IMG/VR virus record: IMGVR_UViG_3300009184_000038
Coordinates: 1 to 64,000 of that record
Length of the DNA: 64,000 nt
Origin: a virus
Direction: 5' to 3' (one strand)
Made by a program: the position numbers and the translations under genes. This document shows, piece after piece, positions 44,341 to 54,943 of this stretch. Positions within the stretch are counted from its first letter, which is position 1, and every line of letters begins with the position of its first letter. Under the pieces are notes generated by a model that saw nothing but the letters and a program-made list of their open reading frames with translations, ran no database searches and was not told the origin of the DNA.

Positions 44341-45710
44341 TAGGCGATACCCCATTTAGTCTTCAAAAACGTGCTGATCTGCCCGATTGCGGTGGACGAA
44401 ATCTGCTGGTCATACAACGCGACCTCGCAGATATAGCCCTTCCACCGCTGGTCGGTTGACTGCGAGCCGAGGTTTGCGTAGCCAATAGTAAAACGGTCGC
44501 TTCCAGATGCGGGCGTCAACGTCCCACCGTCCTCTGAGTAGTATGTCAAGCCTACTGCCGTGCCGTTGACATACATCGCAGACGATGGAAGGTTGCCGCT
44601 AGGTATAGACATAGCTATGACGGCAAACGTGTTGTTGTAGGCCGACGAAGGGCTGAGTTGAGAGAAATATGTATTATTTTGCTGCCATACAAAAAGCGCA
44701 GCGTAGTCGTGCCTTACTTGCCATCTCCAGCCAGTATACAAACCCTGCGTCTTTGCAATCAGCGTGCCATAATTGTTCGCGTCTACTTTGGCGACGATGA
44801 ATATCGTGCCGCCGGTCGATGTCAGGCCCATTCCATCGACGCCGTCAAGGCCGAGTCCGATCAGCCCGCCTCCATCGACGCCGAACTGAAGAACTGAACG
44901 GCCATTCTGGAAAGACGATCGAAGAGTCGGGCCTGTGTAGGCCGCATTGATTGCATCCGCTCGCAGCGTGGCGTGCCGACCGTTCCCCGATCGGTCTTCC
45001 CAGCGTTTCACGACGCTGTCCGCCGACGCGACTGATCCGCCAGAAACCGCCCCATAGAGCGTGCTGGATTCTGAGGCGTCATACCGTGCAAACAGACCAG
45101 AAGTCGTCTGGATGATGTCGCCCGAGGCAGGAGTCACGGCACTGCTCGCAGACGAAAACGCACCCTGCCCGAGGCTGTTCGCTGCGGCCACGCGGAACAC
45201 ATACGCCGTACCGTTGGTCAGACCCGTCACCGTCGCAGTAGTGCTGGTTGAAGTCCCGTCGCTGAAGGTCGTCCACGACGAGCCCGAGTTGCTGCTGAAC
45301 TGAACGACATAGTCCGTAATCGGCACTGCCGAAAGCACGACTGTAGGTGCCGTCCACGAAACGGTCGCTTGTGCGTTGCCGCCTGCCACAGTCACGCTGG
45401 TCGGCGCGGCTGGCGTGAACAATGCTTGAAGCACTGTGTCTGTGCCGTCTCCACCAGCACTACCACCGCTCACGCCCAACTCAAGGTAAGCACCCTGCCA
45501 TTGGTAGGCGCGAGACGTGTCCGTTGCCAGATAAATCACTCCGCTACTCCCCGTCGCGGGGAATGCGAAAACCGTCGCGGCAGCGACTACTCCGCCGCCA
45601 CCGCTCGCGGCGACGAGTTCCCACACATTGTTTCCCGCGTAGCGGTACTCTCGCGAGTTTTGCGTTGACAGTGCCCCAACTGATGGGTTGCTTGGGAAGC
45701 TCAGTGGCAT
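44340..45710 (-). CDS. FN3 plus LamG/concanavalin-like protein
   Basis: FN3 motif; RYDAS...WEDRSGNGRHA...GYICEVALYD...LKTKWGI. Confidence 0.85.
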   Translation of the reverse strand: MPLSFPSNPSVGALSTQNSREYRYAGNNVWELVAASGGGGVVAAATVFAFPATGSSGVIYLATDTSRAYQWQGAYLELGVSGGSAGGDGTDTVLQALFTPAAPTSVTVAGGNAQATVSWTAPTVVLSAVPITDYVVQFSSNSGSSWTTFSDGTSTSTTATVTGLTNGTAYVFRVAAANSLGQGAFSSASSAVTPASGDIIQTTSGLFARYDASESSTLYGAVSGGSVASADSVVKRWEDRSGNGRHATLRADAINAAYTGPTLRSSFQNGRSVLQFGVDGGGLIGLGLDGVDGMGLTSTGGTIFIVAKVDANNYGTLIAKTQGLYTGWRWQVRHDYAALFVWQQNNTYFSQLSPSSAYNNTFAVIAMSIPSGNLPSSAMYVNGTAVGLTYYSEDGGTLTPASGSDRFTIGYANLGSQSTDQRWKGYICEVALYDQQISSTAIGQISTFLKTKWGIA

Positions 45711-45718
45711 GATTACCT

Positions 45719-46015
45719 CTAGTTACCGATCTCGACATAGACGCTGTTCGCTGTGTCCCAGCGAAGCGCACGTCCAAAATCCGTGAGGATATAAATGGTG
45801 TTGCTGGCACCGACAGCAGGCAGAGACCCCGCCACAGCGACCTCGACGATGTTCGCAGAGCCGCCAGAACCGCCGGCACCGACGACGGCTGGCCTGTTAG
45901 CGGCGTTACCCGCGAACAGCTTGTTGTCTGCCGCGTTGTAGGCCAGTTCGCCGTAACTGAGAGTCGGCGTCGAGCCTGCGACGTTCGAGCGTTTTATTTT
46001 GATGATCTTTGGCAT
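45719..46015 (-). CDS. Short fibre-associated protein
   Basis: IKIKRS...PTLSYGELAYN..D.KLF, related to the N-terminus of 41676-42383. Confidence 0.72.
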   Translation of the reverse strand: MPKIIKIKRSNVAGSTPTLSYGELAYNAADNKLFAGNAANRPAVVGAGGSGGSANIVEVAVAGSLPAVGASNTIYILTDFGRALRWDTANSVYVEIGN

Positions 46016-46024
46016 TGTTATGTT

Positions 46025-49000
46025 TTACCATGCCGTAAGGGCAGCAACGAAGTCTGTGCCTGCACTTACGCTTGCCCAATTTATCTGCGGGCCGATCCGA
46101 GTCGGCGACAGCACAACCGAGACCGAGTTTCCACCAATTTGAGCGCTCCTGTTGCTGCCCCAGCCCCACAGCTCGCCTTCTGCCGTGGTCGCGAAGGCGC
46201 ACTCGCCGCTGACGGAAACGCTTGACCAAGTTTTACCGAGTCCGATCTGCGTCGGAATGACTCGGGGGTCGGTCGTCCCGTCGCCAATCCCGTAACTGCC
46301 ACCGCCCCACCCCCAAAGGCCGCCGCCAGATGTGATCGCATATGAAATTGCGTTACGCGACGAACCTCCGACCCAGTCGCTTGATGTTCCGATTCGGACG
46401 GGTGAGGTTCTGGGCGAGATTGTCCCGTCACCGACTGCGCCAGAGGCGTTGTAGCCCCAGCCCCATAGCTGGCCGGTCGTCGTTATGGCAAAAGAATTGT
46501 CGCCTCCAGCAAAAACTTTTGACCAATTCGTTGCCGAACCAATTCTCACAAGGGTTTCTGTAGGGTTAGTCGTTCCGTCACCGACTTGGCCGAAATTGTT
46601 GTATTCGCCGAGACCCCAAAGTTCACCAGCCGAGTTGATTGCGAAGATCGTAAACCCTCCGCAGGCGACAGCAACCCAATTGCTTGCCGACCCTATCCTT
46701 CGAGGGGTATCCGGCGCTCCCTGCAAATCAACTCCCCAAGAATAAAGAGCGCCCCCAGCAATTCCCGCGGAGTGGTAGTCGCCAGCAGAAACAGAAGTCC
46801 AATTTGAGGCCGAACCGACGAAGAATGGGGAGTTCTTGTTATCTCGCGAGCCGAGGCCAAGCTGCCCATAACCGTTGAGCCCCCAGGCCATCAAGCGTCC
46901 AGTTGTTGTGATCGCTAGCGAATGATACCTACCGGCAGCGATACTCGAGAATCGAATTGAGGAAAACGATATCAGCCCCGACGGCGGCGGCGGCGGGACG
47001 ATGTTGTATGTGCCGCTTCCAAGCTGCCCCTGCGCGTTGTTGCCGCCCCATGCCCAGACCTGACCGGATTCGTCGGGTACGGACAGCGGAGCAGGAGCGC
47101 TCGTGAGCGATGTCGAGAACGTGGAGCCCGAGAGGCCAGACGTTGCCGTCACAACAACCCTATACACGTCGCCGTTGTCGCTCGCATATTTCAAGTTATT
47201 CAGAGACAGAGTCGCGGATGCTCTTCCTGGCAAGTCGACGAAGCTTCCAACACCTTTCGTCTGCTTCTGCCACTGATACGAGAGAGCAGAGAAAGGCGAC
47301 GTTGTGGCCGATACGAGAAAAGTAGCTGCACCATACAGAGACGTTTGAATCGTCGGCTGGTATGTGATACTCAGCGACGGGCTGGGGACGTTGAGTGTGG
47401 CTGTTCTGCTGAAAACGGTGGGCGCTCCGCTTGCGGAGATCGCTGCCCGATAAGCGTCTTGATCGTTCACTGACGCAGTGAGTCCTGACAGCGAGAGCGT
47501 CCGACTCGTTGCAGAGGGAATGTCGGCGAACAACGACGATCCAGGCTTCTTAACTTGCCACTGGTAAAAAACGGTCGCGAGATTCGAGGAAGTTGCGTTA
47601 GTTGAGAAAACAGCCGAGCCAGTAAGAGACAAGAAATCTTGAGGCTGCTCTGTGATATTTATGTCCGCTGACGGAACATTCAATACTGCGATCCCGCTCG
47701 TCACGCTGACGCCGGAACCATCTGCTGACGAGACGACGACACAGTATTCGTCGCCATTATCGGCGGCTGGCGTCAGCCCGGTCAGGCTCAAAACGCTGGC
47801 GGTCGCTCCGGCAACGTCAGTAAACGTGCTTGACCCGCCCTCCCGTTTTCTCCACTGATACCGGAGCGAGCCATACGAGATGGTCGCCGTAACAGAAAGG
47901 GCCGCAGTGCCGCTGTAGGTCAATACACTTTTCGGATCGGACAGCACCGTGATGGCCGGCAGTGGCACGGTCAGGGTTGCGGAAAAGCTCGTCGCGCCGA
48001 TCAAGCCGTTTGTACCCGAAATCACAACCCTATAAACGTCGCCGTTGTCTGTGACTGCCGATAGCCCTGACAGGAAGAGGTCGGGCGAATTAGAGCCTGG
48101 AATGTCTATGAAAGGCCCAGCGCCAGACTCTTGTTTTTGCCATTGCCACGCCAGCGATGAAGAGCCGACCGTTCTTGTAAGGACAGAAAATCTCGCCGTC
48201 CCGCTAGAGGCAAAAACAGACGCCGGGTGCGAGATGAACTCAACGTAAGGCGTGGGCAAGACGGTGAGGGTTGCTTCATTGCTATACGCTGCCGCCGCCC
48301 CTCCTGTCGCCGACACTATCACGCTGTAAGCGTCTCCTGTATCAAACACGGGGCTTAAACCCGTCAGGGCAAGCGTAGCGCCCGTCGCGCCGGGCACGTC
48401 TGTGGAAGTCACGCTGCCCGACTCTCGCTTCCGCCATTGGTATGAGAGAGTCGCCCCTCCGGTCACGCTTGCGGCCACAGAGAATGTTGCGGAGCCTCCG
48501 ACGGACGATTGCGAAGACGGCTGACTCGTTATCACGATTACCGGCACCACTGCGAACGACAGCTTCGCTGCTTGGCTAGTGACGGATGCTGCGCCACCTG
48601 TTGCCGAGACGACCACGCGATACCAGTCGCCGTCATCGCTCGCGGACGAGAGCCCCGTTAGCGGCAGGGTTCTGGATGTCGCGCCGGTCACGTCCGAGAA
48701 CGGGCCTGCGCCCGACTCTTGCTTCTGCCACTGATATGACAAAGTGGCCCCGCCGGTCACGGTGGCGGTTGCGGCGAACGTAGCCGCATTGCTAGCCGCC
48801 TGCTGGCTGGTGGGTTGCGAAGTGATTGCGATAACAGGCAAGGAGATCACCGTCAACGACGCCGCCCGCGACGTTACGCTCGCTGCCCCGCCAGTCGCAG
48901 AGACAATGCAGCGGAATTTGTCTCCGTTGTCGCTGGGGGATGCGGGGTAGATCGACAGGCTGGCACTCGTTGCGCCGGATATGCTCCCGCCATTGGATAC

Positions 49001-52000
49001 ATCCACGAAAGCCCCCGCCCCAGACTCCTGCTTTTGCCATTGATATGACAGCACAGAGCCGCCCGTGACTGAAGAAGACACAACCAAAGTCGCCGTGCCC
49101 CCCTCGGCGACCGAAGCGTCCGCGGGGCTGTTGCTCTGAACAGTGATTGCGGGAACAGGAACGCTCAGTGCGGCAGAAAGACTCGTAACCGAGACCGCGC
49201 CGTCTGTTGACGAAAGGACAACCCGGTATACGTCTCCGTTGTCGTTGGCGTAAGTTAGCCCAACCAAGTCGAGGCTCGCACTGGTGGCACCGGAGACAGC
49301 CACGAACGGGCCAGCGCCAGACTCTTGCTTTTGCCACTGATATGAAATTGTCGCACCACCCGTAACGGACGCAGAGACGCCGAAAGTCGCTTCGCCAGAG
49401 ACGTTTGCAGTGCGACTAGACGGTTGTGACACAATGGTGATGACCGGAGAGGCTACGGTGAGCGTAGCCGCACCGCTGGTGACGCTAGTCGCTGCCCCCG
49501 AGGCAGAGGCAACGACCTGATACAAGTCGCCGTTGTTCGTGGCGTTTGTCAGCCCGGTCAGCGCGAGTGTTGAACTCGTGGCTCCTGGTATGTTTGCAAA
49601 GCTACCAACGCCCGCTGCCCGTCGCTGCCACTGATACGAGACCGTTGGGGTGAAGGTGGCTACGGCAGTAGCGGTAAAGGTAGCAGAACCACCCACCGCG
49701 ACTTGGCTTGAGGGCTGCGAAGTAATCGTTATTACTGGAACGGGCACCAGAACAGCCACGGCCGCGCTCGTGACACTCGTTGCTCCACCAGTGGCTGAGA
49801 TTACAACGCGATATAGGTCGCCGTTGTTCAAGGCGTTCGTGAGACCCGACAGCGACAGCGTGTTACTTGTGGCACCGCTTACGGTGACGAAGTCGCTGAC
49901 GCCATAAGCCGATCGCTGCCATTGATAAGAAAGCAGTGCCACTGCCGAAGCAGAGGCCATAACCGAAAAGGATGCTGCACCACCGTTGGCAGTCTGGGGG
50001 GCTGGCTGCTGTACGATGGCGATCACGGGCAGCGGTACGATCAGCGCCGTCGCGTTGCTGGTGACGCTCGCTGCTCCGCCAGTTCCAGAAACCACGACGC
50101 GGTAGGCGTCTCCGTTGTCGTTTTGGTTTGTCAGCCCCGTGAGCGTCAACTGAAACGATGTCTTCCCGGCGATGTCTGCGAAATCGCTTGCCCCATTCTC
50201 GCGTTTCTGCCATTGATATGAGACCGTAACGCCTGCGCTTGCGGCAGCGGAAATATCAAGCAATGCCTGACCGGAAGATGTATTTGTGGTTTCCGGCAAT
50301 CTGCCGACAGTCAGCTTCGGATACACAATCGCGGATTCGCTTGAATATAGAGCGGCTGCACCGCCAGTCGCGGATACAGCTACCCGATAAACATCCGAGT
50401 CGTTGTCTGCCGTCAGGCCGGTCAAGGACAGGGTTGACGATGTCTCGCCGGCAACGGTCGCGAAGTCGCCGACTCCGTACCTCTTTCGCTCCCACTGGTA
50501 TGAAAGCGTTGCGCTTTTCGTGACAGAAGCGACCACGGTAAGCGATGCCACGCCGTTGATCGCGACCCTCGTCGCCGAGGGCTGCTGCGAGATGGTGATG
50601 AAGGGCGCGGGGACGGTAAGGGACACGGCGTTGCTCGTCGTCGTCGTCGCGCCGCCGGTCGCGGACACGACGCAGCGATATCGAGAGCCGTTGTCGGCAG
50701 GGGTTGTGAGGCCCGTGAGGGTCAGCGTTGCGCTCGTGGCAGTTGGTATGTCAGCGTAAACGCTCGACCCAGACGCGGCTCGTTGCCACTGGTAGAAAAT
50801 CGCGGAACCAAGCGTGGCGGTCGCCGTAATCGAAAAAGTGGCTTCTCCAGTCAAGGAGGCGACGGCTGCTGAAGGCTGCGAAGTAATCGCCAGGACAGAC
50901 GAGGGGACGCTCGCTGTGAGTGTCGCAGAAGCACTATTCACCGTGCTGAAGCCAGACTTTGAGAATACAGCGCGGTATCTTGACCCGTTATCGCCAAACA
51001 TCGGCCTAAAAGAGAGCGACGGAGATGTTGCCCCAGCGATAGTTGACCAAGTCGCCCCCGCGTCGAGGGATTTTTGCCATTGGATAGACGGGACTCCAAA
51101 GGGAGTCGTCGCAGACGATGAGAACGTCGCTGATAGCACGCCTCCAAAGTCAATGACAGCAGCCGATCCGTTTAGGATGAATCCGCTGCTCGACTTGGCA
51201 TACTTGATCGCCTTGTTGCCGACGACCTGTCTCTCTGTCGTGAACTGAGGCAGCGAGCTTCCCCTGCTTGTCCAAGTGAGGCCGTCAAGACTGGTGTAGA
51301 AGACTGGCACGCCCGCAGAGCTTCTTCCGTTCGCCATGAAGCCACCGTCGACCGCCGTGATTGTGTCGGCCTGCTGCGCGGCTCCGCCAGATTGGCGAAG
51401 AACCCAATTCAGCCCATCGTTGCTGCTCGCGATTCCAGTCGCCGTCAAGGCTGCATATCTTCCGTCGCGGAACGCTATTCGGCTAATCTCTAAATTAACA
51501 CCGCCGAAGTCCCACGATCCGTCCGGTCGCTGCGCGTAAATTACGCTACCGAAACCGCTTGCCGCTGGCCCTACGATGACGAATCGCCTTCCGTCATGCA
51601 CGGCATGAGTAAGCGTGGAAGCAAAGATGCCCGTTCCTGACGGCGACCCCACGCCAGCGTTCGTTACTTCATAAATCGCATCAAAGTTGGCACCAGTCAG
51701 TAGAATTTTCGATCCGTCGCTTGAAACGCATATCTCTGGAACGGTGGAAGACGTTGTTGCCGATACGGAAGTCCAAGAATTCCCATTGCGCGAGAATAGG
51801 ATGCGGCCTGCGCCTTGGTAAGCAAAGAACCACCCTCCTCCGCTTTCAACGAAATAGAGATCGGAAGTCACCGATGAAGATGACGCAAGAGACGACGTGG
51901 TGCTTGTCCAGTTAATCCCGTCAGTGCTTTTCGCGGAAACGATCGTAGCTGACCTTGGAAGAACCGTTAGATAAACTCCGTTTCCATGCACTACTCGCGA

Positions 52001-54943
52001 CCACACGCCAGCGTGTGGAAGTACATCCAGCCGGGAGGCCCACGTCACGCCGTCGTCACTTGTTGCTAGGTAATCGCCAGCACTCGCGTCGGCTGGCGTT
52101 GCGAACCACTTATCGTTCGCGACCGACACGCTGCTCCAAGACCCCGATGGAAGCGTAAATGTACGAGTCGAGTACGCGGACGAAGCGGCAGTTGTGTTGC
52201 TCGGTTGCTGCGTGACCGTGATTGTGTCCGCAGGCACGGTCAGGGTGGCCGCACTCGACCGAACAGTGCTCCAGCCGCTCTTCTCGAACTTCGCTCTGTA
52301 TCGCTTTCCAGAGTCGCTGCTCGTGAGTCCAGTCAAGTTCAGCGACGAGTTTGTCTGCCCGCTCAAGTCCGAGAAGTTCGCGCCGTCGCTTGAGACTTCC
52401 CACTGAATCGTCGGTGCCCCCGCGGGAGACGTTGCGGCAGACGAAAAGGAGGCAGAGTAGTTCGGCGTCGTGCCAGCAACCGGCTGGCCTGTCTGGCTGG
52501 CTGGCTGCGTCGTCACGCTGATTGGTGCCACGTTCAGCGTGGCCGCATTACTCGTTACGTCAGGGTAGCCGCTTGACGACACGATGCAGCGGTATCGCCG
52601 ACCACTGTTGCCGGTCTCGGTGACCGCACTCAGCGAGAAGCTTGCCGACGTGGCTCCGCTCACACTCGTCCAATTCGTTCCGTCTGGAGACGATTGCCAC
52701 TGGTAGGTCAGGCTCGTCCCAGGGGTCGTGGCAGAGACGGCGAAGCTAGCTGATGTGCCGTTAGTCAGGGACACGCTCTGCGGCTGAGTCACAATCGAGA
52801 TCGCCGCCGCTATCGTCAGCGTGGCCTCGCCGCTCGTGAGCGTGGCCGTCGGAGTCAGCTCGACGGCCACGGCCGGGAACCAACCGCCGACTGCCGAGCC
52901 GCCCGTGCCAGACGAGCCTGTCGAAATCACGACGCGGTACTTGTCGCCGTTGTTGGCGGCGTATGAAAGCGAGTCAAGAGATAGAGTGGCCGACAGCCCA
53001 GTTGCGATGTTCGACCAAGCGCCAACACCACCAGCCTGACGCTGCCACTGATAGAGCAGTTCTGCGCTCTCAGTGGCTGATGCCGTGACGATGAACGTAG
53101 CAGCACCAGCCACTGCCGTCTGATCAGCCGGCTGCACCGAGATCGAGATCGTCGGAGTCGTCCAGTCTTCGATCGCAGCCCGCCGCCACTGGTTCACGTC
53201 GTTGGCGACGTAGACGTAGTCTGAGTCGTAGCTGAGAGCACCGGCCTTTGTGACCGCCGTTGTCGCCGTCGGCGCGGTTGACCAAGCTATCCCGCCAGCC
53301 TCAATCGTGACGGCACCTGTCTTGCCGTTGACGCTCTGGACGGGAGCCGCCGCAGCCGCCCGAGCCGACGTGAAGTAGAGGTTCGTCGTGCCTTCGATCA
53401 CCGCGTCGGTTGAGCCTGGGCTGCTGGCGATTTCGACGTAGGCCGACCCGCTCCATCTGTAGAGCTTGCGAGTGTCGACAGTGACGTAGAGCTTTCCGCT
53501 CTCGCCAGTTATGGAAGCCAGCGCGGAGAATGTTGCCGCTTCGACGATGTCGTCGACATAGCTCGGGAGGAGGCTGCTCGAGATTTTTCCAGAGCCGTCA
53601 AGCGTCACATAGGTGCCAGCCGGCTGCTTTAAGTCCAACGCCGACTGTAATCCGATCACGTCGCTTACGGCGTGCGAATGCGTGGAGGGAGCGAAGGTGG
53701 CTGGCACGCCCGTCAGATTGCCGTAGGCAATCACAGGCACCGGATGGACGTGGTCGGCTCTGGACGCCGTGAGAGCTGAACCACCCCGCGCTACGCCGAG
53801 CGGCTGGGGGGTCTCGTCGGCGAGGTTCGCGGTTCCGTCCGCTCCACGAGGGATGGTGAAGTTCAACGTCACCGTGCCGCCGCTCGCCACCGTGTCGATC
53901 TTCGCAGACGAGCCAGCGGAGCCAGTTGCCACCGTTCCGACTTGTACCGTCGTGAACGGGCCACCCGGCCCCTGCGGCCCCTGCGGGATGACGAACGAAA
54001 TCTGCTGAGACGGAGCTGCGCCCGTGATGGTCACGGCAGCGGTCGTCCCCGTCGTGACTCCTGCAACGCTCAGTGAGTTCGCCGGCCCCGCCGGCCCCAC
54101 GTCTCCCTGCGGCCCTTGGATTCCAGTTGCTCCTTGAGGCAGCACCAGATTCAGCGTCTGCGTCGGTGCCGTGCCGGTGATCGTCGCCGCGGCGTCAGGC
54201 CCAGTGATAACCGTGCCGATCTTGAGCGACGATACCGGCCCCGCCGGCCCCTGCGGCAGCACAAACGAGAGCGACTGAGACGGGGCCGATCCCGTGATAC
54301 TCACGGCTGCCGTGGCACCCGTGGTGACGCTACCAATCGACAGCGAGTTCGATGGGCCAGTTGCTCCTGGCTGAAGCACAAACGAGAGCGACTGAGACGG
54401 TGCCGATCCCGTAATGCTGACGGCCGCCGTCGCGCCTGTGGTGACGCTGCCAATCGACAGCGAGTTCGCTGGCCCCACCGGCCCCTGCGGCAGCACGAAT
54501 GAAAGCGATTGAGACGGAGCTGCCCCCGTGATGCTCACGGCAGCCGTTGTGCCAGTGCTCACGCTACCGATCGACAGCGAGTTCGCCGGCCCCGCCGGCA
54601 GCACAAACGAGAGCGACTGGGACGGTGCCGATCCCGTGATGCTGACGGCCGCTGACGTTCCAGTGCTGACGCTGCCGATCGACAGCGAAGTCGCCGGCCC
54701 CGTCAGGCCAGTGGCCCCGCGAGGCAGCGAGAAATTGAATTTCGCGGCGAATGCCGAGCCGACGTTCGTGACGGTCGCCGTCTGGGTCGCGTCGATCGTC
54801 GTGACCGTTCCAGCCTCGATCGTCGCCGCCGCACCGCCGCCGCCGCCGCCTTGGGCTCCGACATTGACGTTGACCGTGTCGCCGTTACCCACGACGCTGT
54901 TGATGCTCGTCGAGCCGACGACGACAACGCTGATTTCGCTCAT
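46025..54943 (-). CDS. Giant fibre/adhesin: collagen-like repeats, about 17 Ig-like domains, inserted beta-propeller, C-terminal RCC1 propeller
   Basis: 17 (Y/I/W)QW...GAT..L...NGD.YR units; WAWG.N..GQLG RCC1 repeats; GPxGPxG repeats. Confidence 0.9.
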   Translation of the reverse strand: MSEISVVVVGSTSINSVVGNGDTVNVNVGAQGGGGGGAAATIEAGTVTTIDATQTATVTNVGSAFAAKFNFSLPRGATGLTGPATSLSIGSVSTGTSAAVSITGSAPSQSLSFVLPAGPANSLSIGSVSTGTTAAVSITGAAPSQSLSFVLPQGPVGPANSLSIGSVTTGATAAVSITGSAPSQSLSFVLQPGATGPSNSLSIGSVTTGATAAVSITGSAPSQSLSFVLPQGPAGPVSSLKIGTVITGPDAAATITGTAPTQTLNLVLPQGATGIQGPQGDVGPAGPANSLSVAGVTTGTTAAVTITGAAPSQQISFVIPQGPQGPGGPFTTVQVGTVATGSAGSSAKIDTVASGGTVTLNFTIPRGADGTANLADETPQPLGVARGGSALTASRADHVHPVPVIAYGNLTGVPATFAPSTHSHAVSDVIGLQSALDLKQPAGTYVTLDGSGKISSSLLPSYVDDIVEAATFSALASITGESGKLYVTVDTRKLYRWSGSAYVEIASSPGSTDAVIEGTTNLYFTSARAAAAAPVQSVNGKTGAVTIEAGGIAWSTAPTATTAVTKAGALSYDSDYVYVANDVNQWRRAAIEDWTTPTISISVQPADQTAVAGAATFIVTASATESAELLYQWQRQAGGVGAWSNIATGLSATLSLDSLSYAANNGDKYRVVISTGSSGTGGSAVGGWFPAVAVELTPTATLTSGEATLTIAAAISIVTQPQSVSLTNGTSASFAVSATTPGTSLTYQWQSSPDGTNWTSVSGATSASFSLSAVTETGNSGRRYRCIVSSSGYPDVTSNAATLNVAPISVTTQPASQTGQPVAGTTPNYSASFSSAATSPAGAPTIQWEVSSDGANFSDLSGQTNSSLNLTGLTSSDSGKRYRAKFEKSGWSTVRSSAATLTVPADTITVTQQPSNTTAASSAYSTRTFTLPSGSWSSVSVANDKWFATPADASAGDYLATSDDGVTWASRLDVLPHAGVWSRVVHGNGVYLTVLPRSATIVSAKSTDGINWTSTTSSLASSSSVTSDLYFVESGGGWFFAYQGAGRILFSRNGNSWTSVSATTSSTVPEICVSSDGSKILLTGANFDAIYEVTNAGVGSPSGTGIFASTLTHAVHDGRRFVIVGPAASGFGSVIYAQRPDGSWDFGGVNLEISRIAFRDGRYAALTATGIASSNDGLNWVLRQSGGAAQQADTITAVDGGFMANGRSSAGVPVFYTSLDGLTWTSRGSSLPQFTTERQVVGNKAIKYAKSSSGFILNGSAAVIDFGGVLSATFSSSATTPFGVPSIQWQKSLDAGATWSTIAGATSPSLSFRPMFGDNGSRYRAVFSKSGFSTVNSASATLTASVPSSVLAITSQPSAAVASLTGEATFSITATATLGSAIFYQWQRAASGSSVYADIPTATSATLTLTGLTTPADNGSRYRCVVSATGGATTTTSNAVSLTVPAPFITISQQPSATRVAINGVASLTVVASVTKSATLSYQWERKRYGVGDFATVAGETSSTLSLTGLTADNDSDVYRVAVSATGGAAALYSSESAIVYPKLTVGRLPETTNTSSGQALLDISAAASAGVTVSYQWQKRENGASDFADIAGKTSFQLTLTGLTNQNDNGDAYRVVVSGTGGAASVTSNATALIVPLPVIAIVQQPAPQTANGGAASFSVMASASAVALLSYQWQRSAYGVSDFVTVSGATSNTLSLSGLTNALNNGDLYRVVISATGGATSVTSAAVAVLVPVPVITITSQPSSQVAVGGSATFTATAVATFTPTVSYQWQRRAAGVGSFANIPGATSSTLALTGLTNATNNGDLYQVVASASGAATSVTSGAATLTVASPVITIVSQPSSRTANVSGEATFGVSASVTGGATISYQWQKQESGAGPFVAVSGATSASLDLVGLTYANDNGDVYRVVLSSTDGAVSVTSLSAALSVPVPAITVQSNSPADASVAEGGTATLVVSSSVTGGSVLSYQWQKQESGAGAFVDVSNGGSISGATSASLSIYPASPSDNGDKFRCIVSATGGAASVTSRAASLTVISLPVIAITSQPTSQQAASNAATFAATATVTGGATLSYQWQKQESGAGPFSDVTGATSRTLPLTGLSSASDDGDWYRVVVSATGGAASVTSQAAKLSFAVVPVIVITSQPSSQSSVGGSATFSVAASVTGGATLSYQWRKRESGSVTSTDVPGATGATLALTGLSPVFDTGDAYSVIVSATGGAAAAYSNEATLTVLPTPYVEFISHPASVFASSGTARFSVLTRTVGSSSLAWQWQKQESGAGPFIDIPGSNSPDLFLSGLSAVTDNGDVYRVVISGTNGLIGATSFSATLTVPLPAITVLSDPKSVLTYSGTAALSVTATISYGSLRYQWRKREGGSSTFTDVAGATASVLSLTGLTPAADNGDEYCVVVSSADGSGVSVTSGIAVLNVPSADINITEQPQDFLSLTGSAVFSTNATSSNLATVFYQWQVKKPGSSLFADIPSATSRTLSLSGLTASVNDQDAYRAAISASGAPTVFSRTATLNVPSPSLSITYQPTIQTSLYGAATFLVSATTSPFSALSYQWQKQTKGVGSFVDLPGRASATLSLNNLKYASDNGDVYRVVVTATSGLSGSTFSTSLTSAPAPLSVPDESGQVWAWGGNNAQGQLGSGTYNIVPPPPPSGLISFSSIRFSSIAAGRYHSLAITTTGRLMAWGLNGYGQLGLGSRDNKNSPFFVGSASNWTSVSAGDYHSAGIAGGALYSWGVDLQGAPDTPRRIGSASNWVAVACGGFTIFAINSAGELWGLGEYNNFGQVGDGTTNPTETLVRIGSATNWSKVFAGGDNSFAITTTGQLWGWGYNASGAVGDGTISPRTSPVRIGTSSDWVGGSSRNAISYAITSGGGLWGWGGGSYGIGDGTTDPRVIPTQIGLGKTWSSVSVSGECAFATTAEGELWGWGSNRSAQIGGNSVSVVLSPTRIGPQINWASVSAGTDFVAALTAW
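54000..54700 (-). repeat. Tandem ~100-110 bp coding repeats (about 6 copies)
   Basis: GPANSLSIGSVxTGxTAAVSITGxAPSQSLSFVLP units, conserved at DNA level. Confidence 0.88.
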
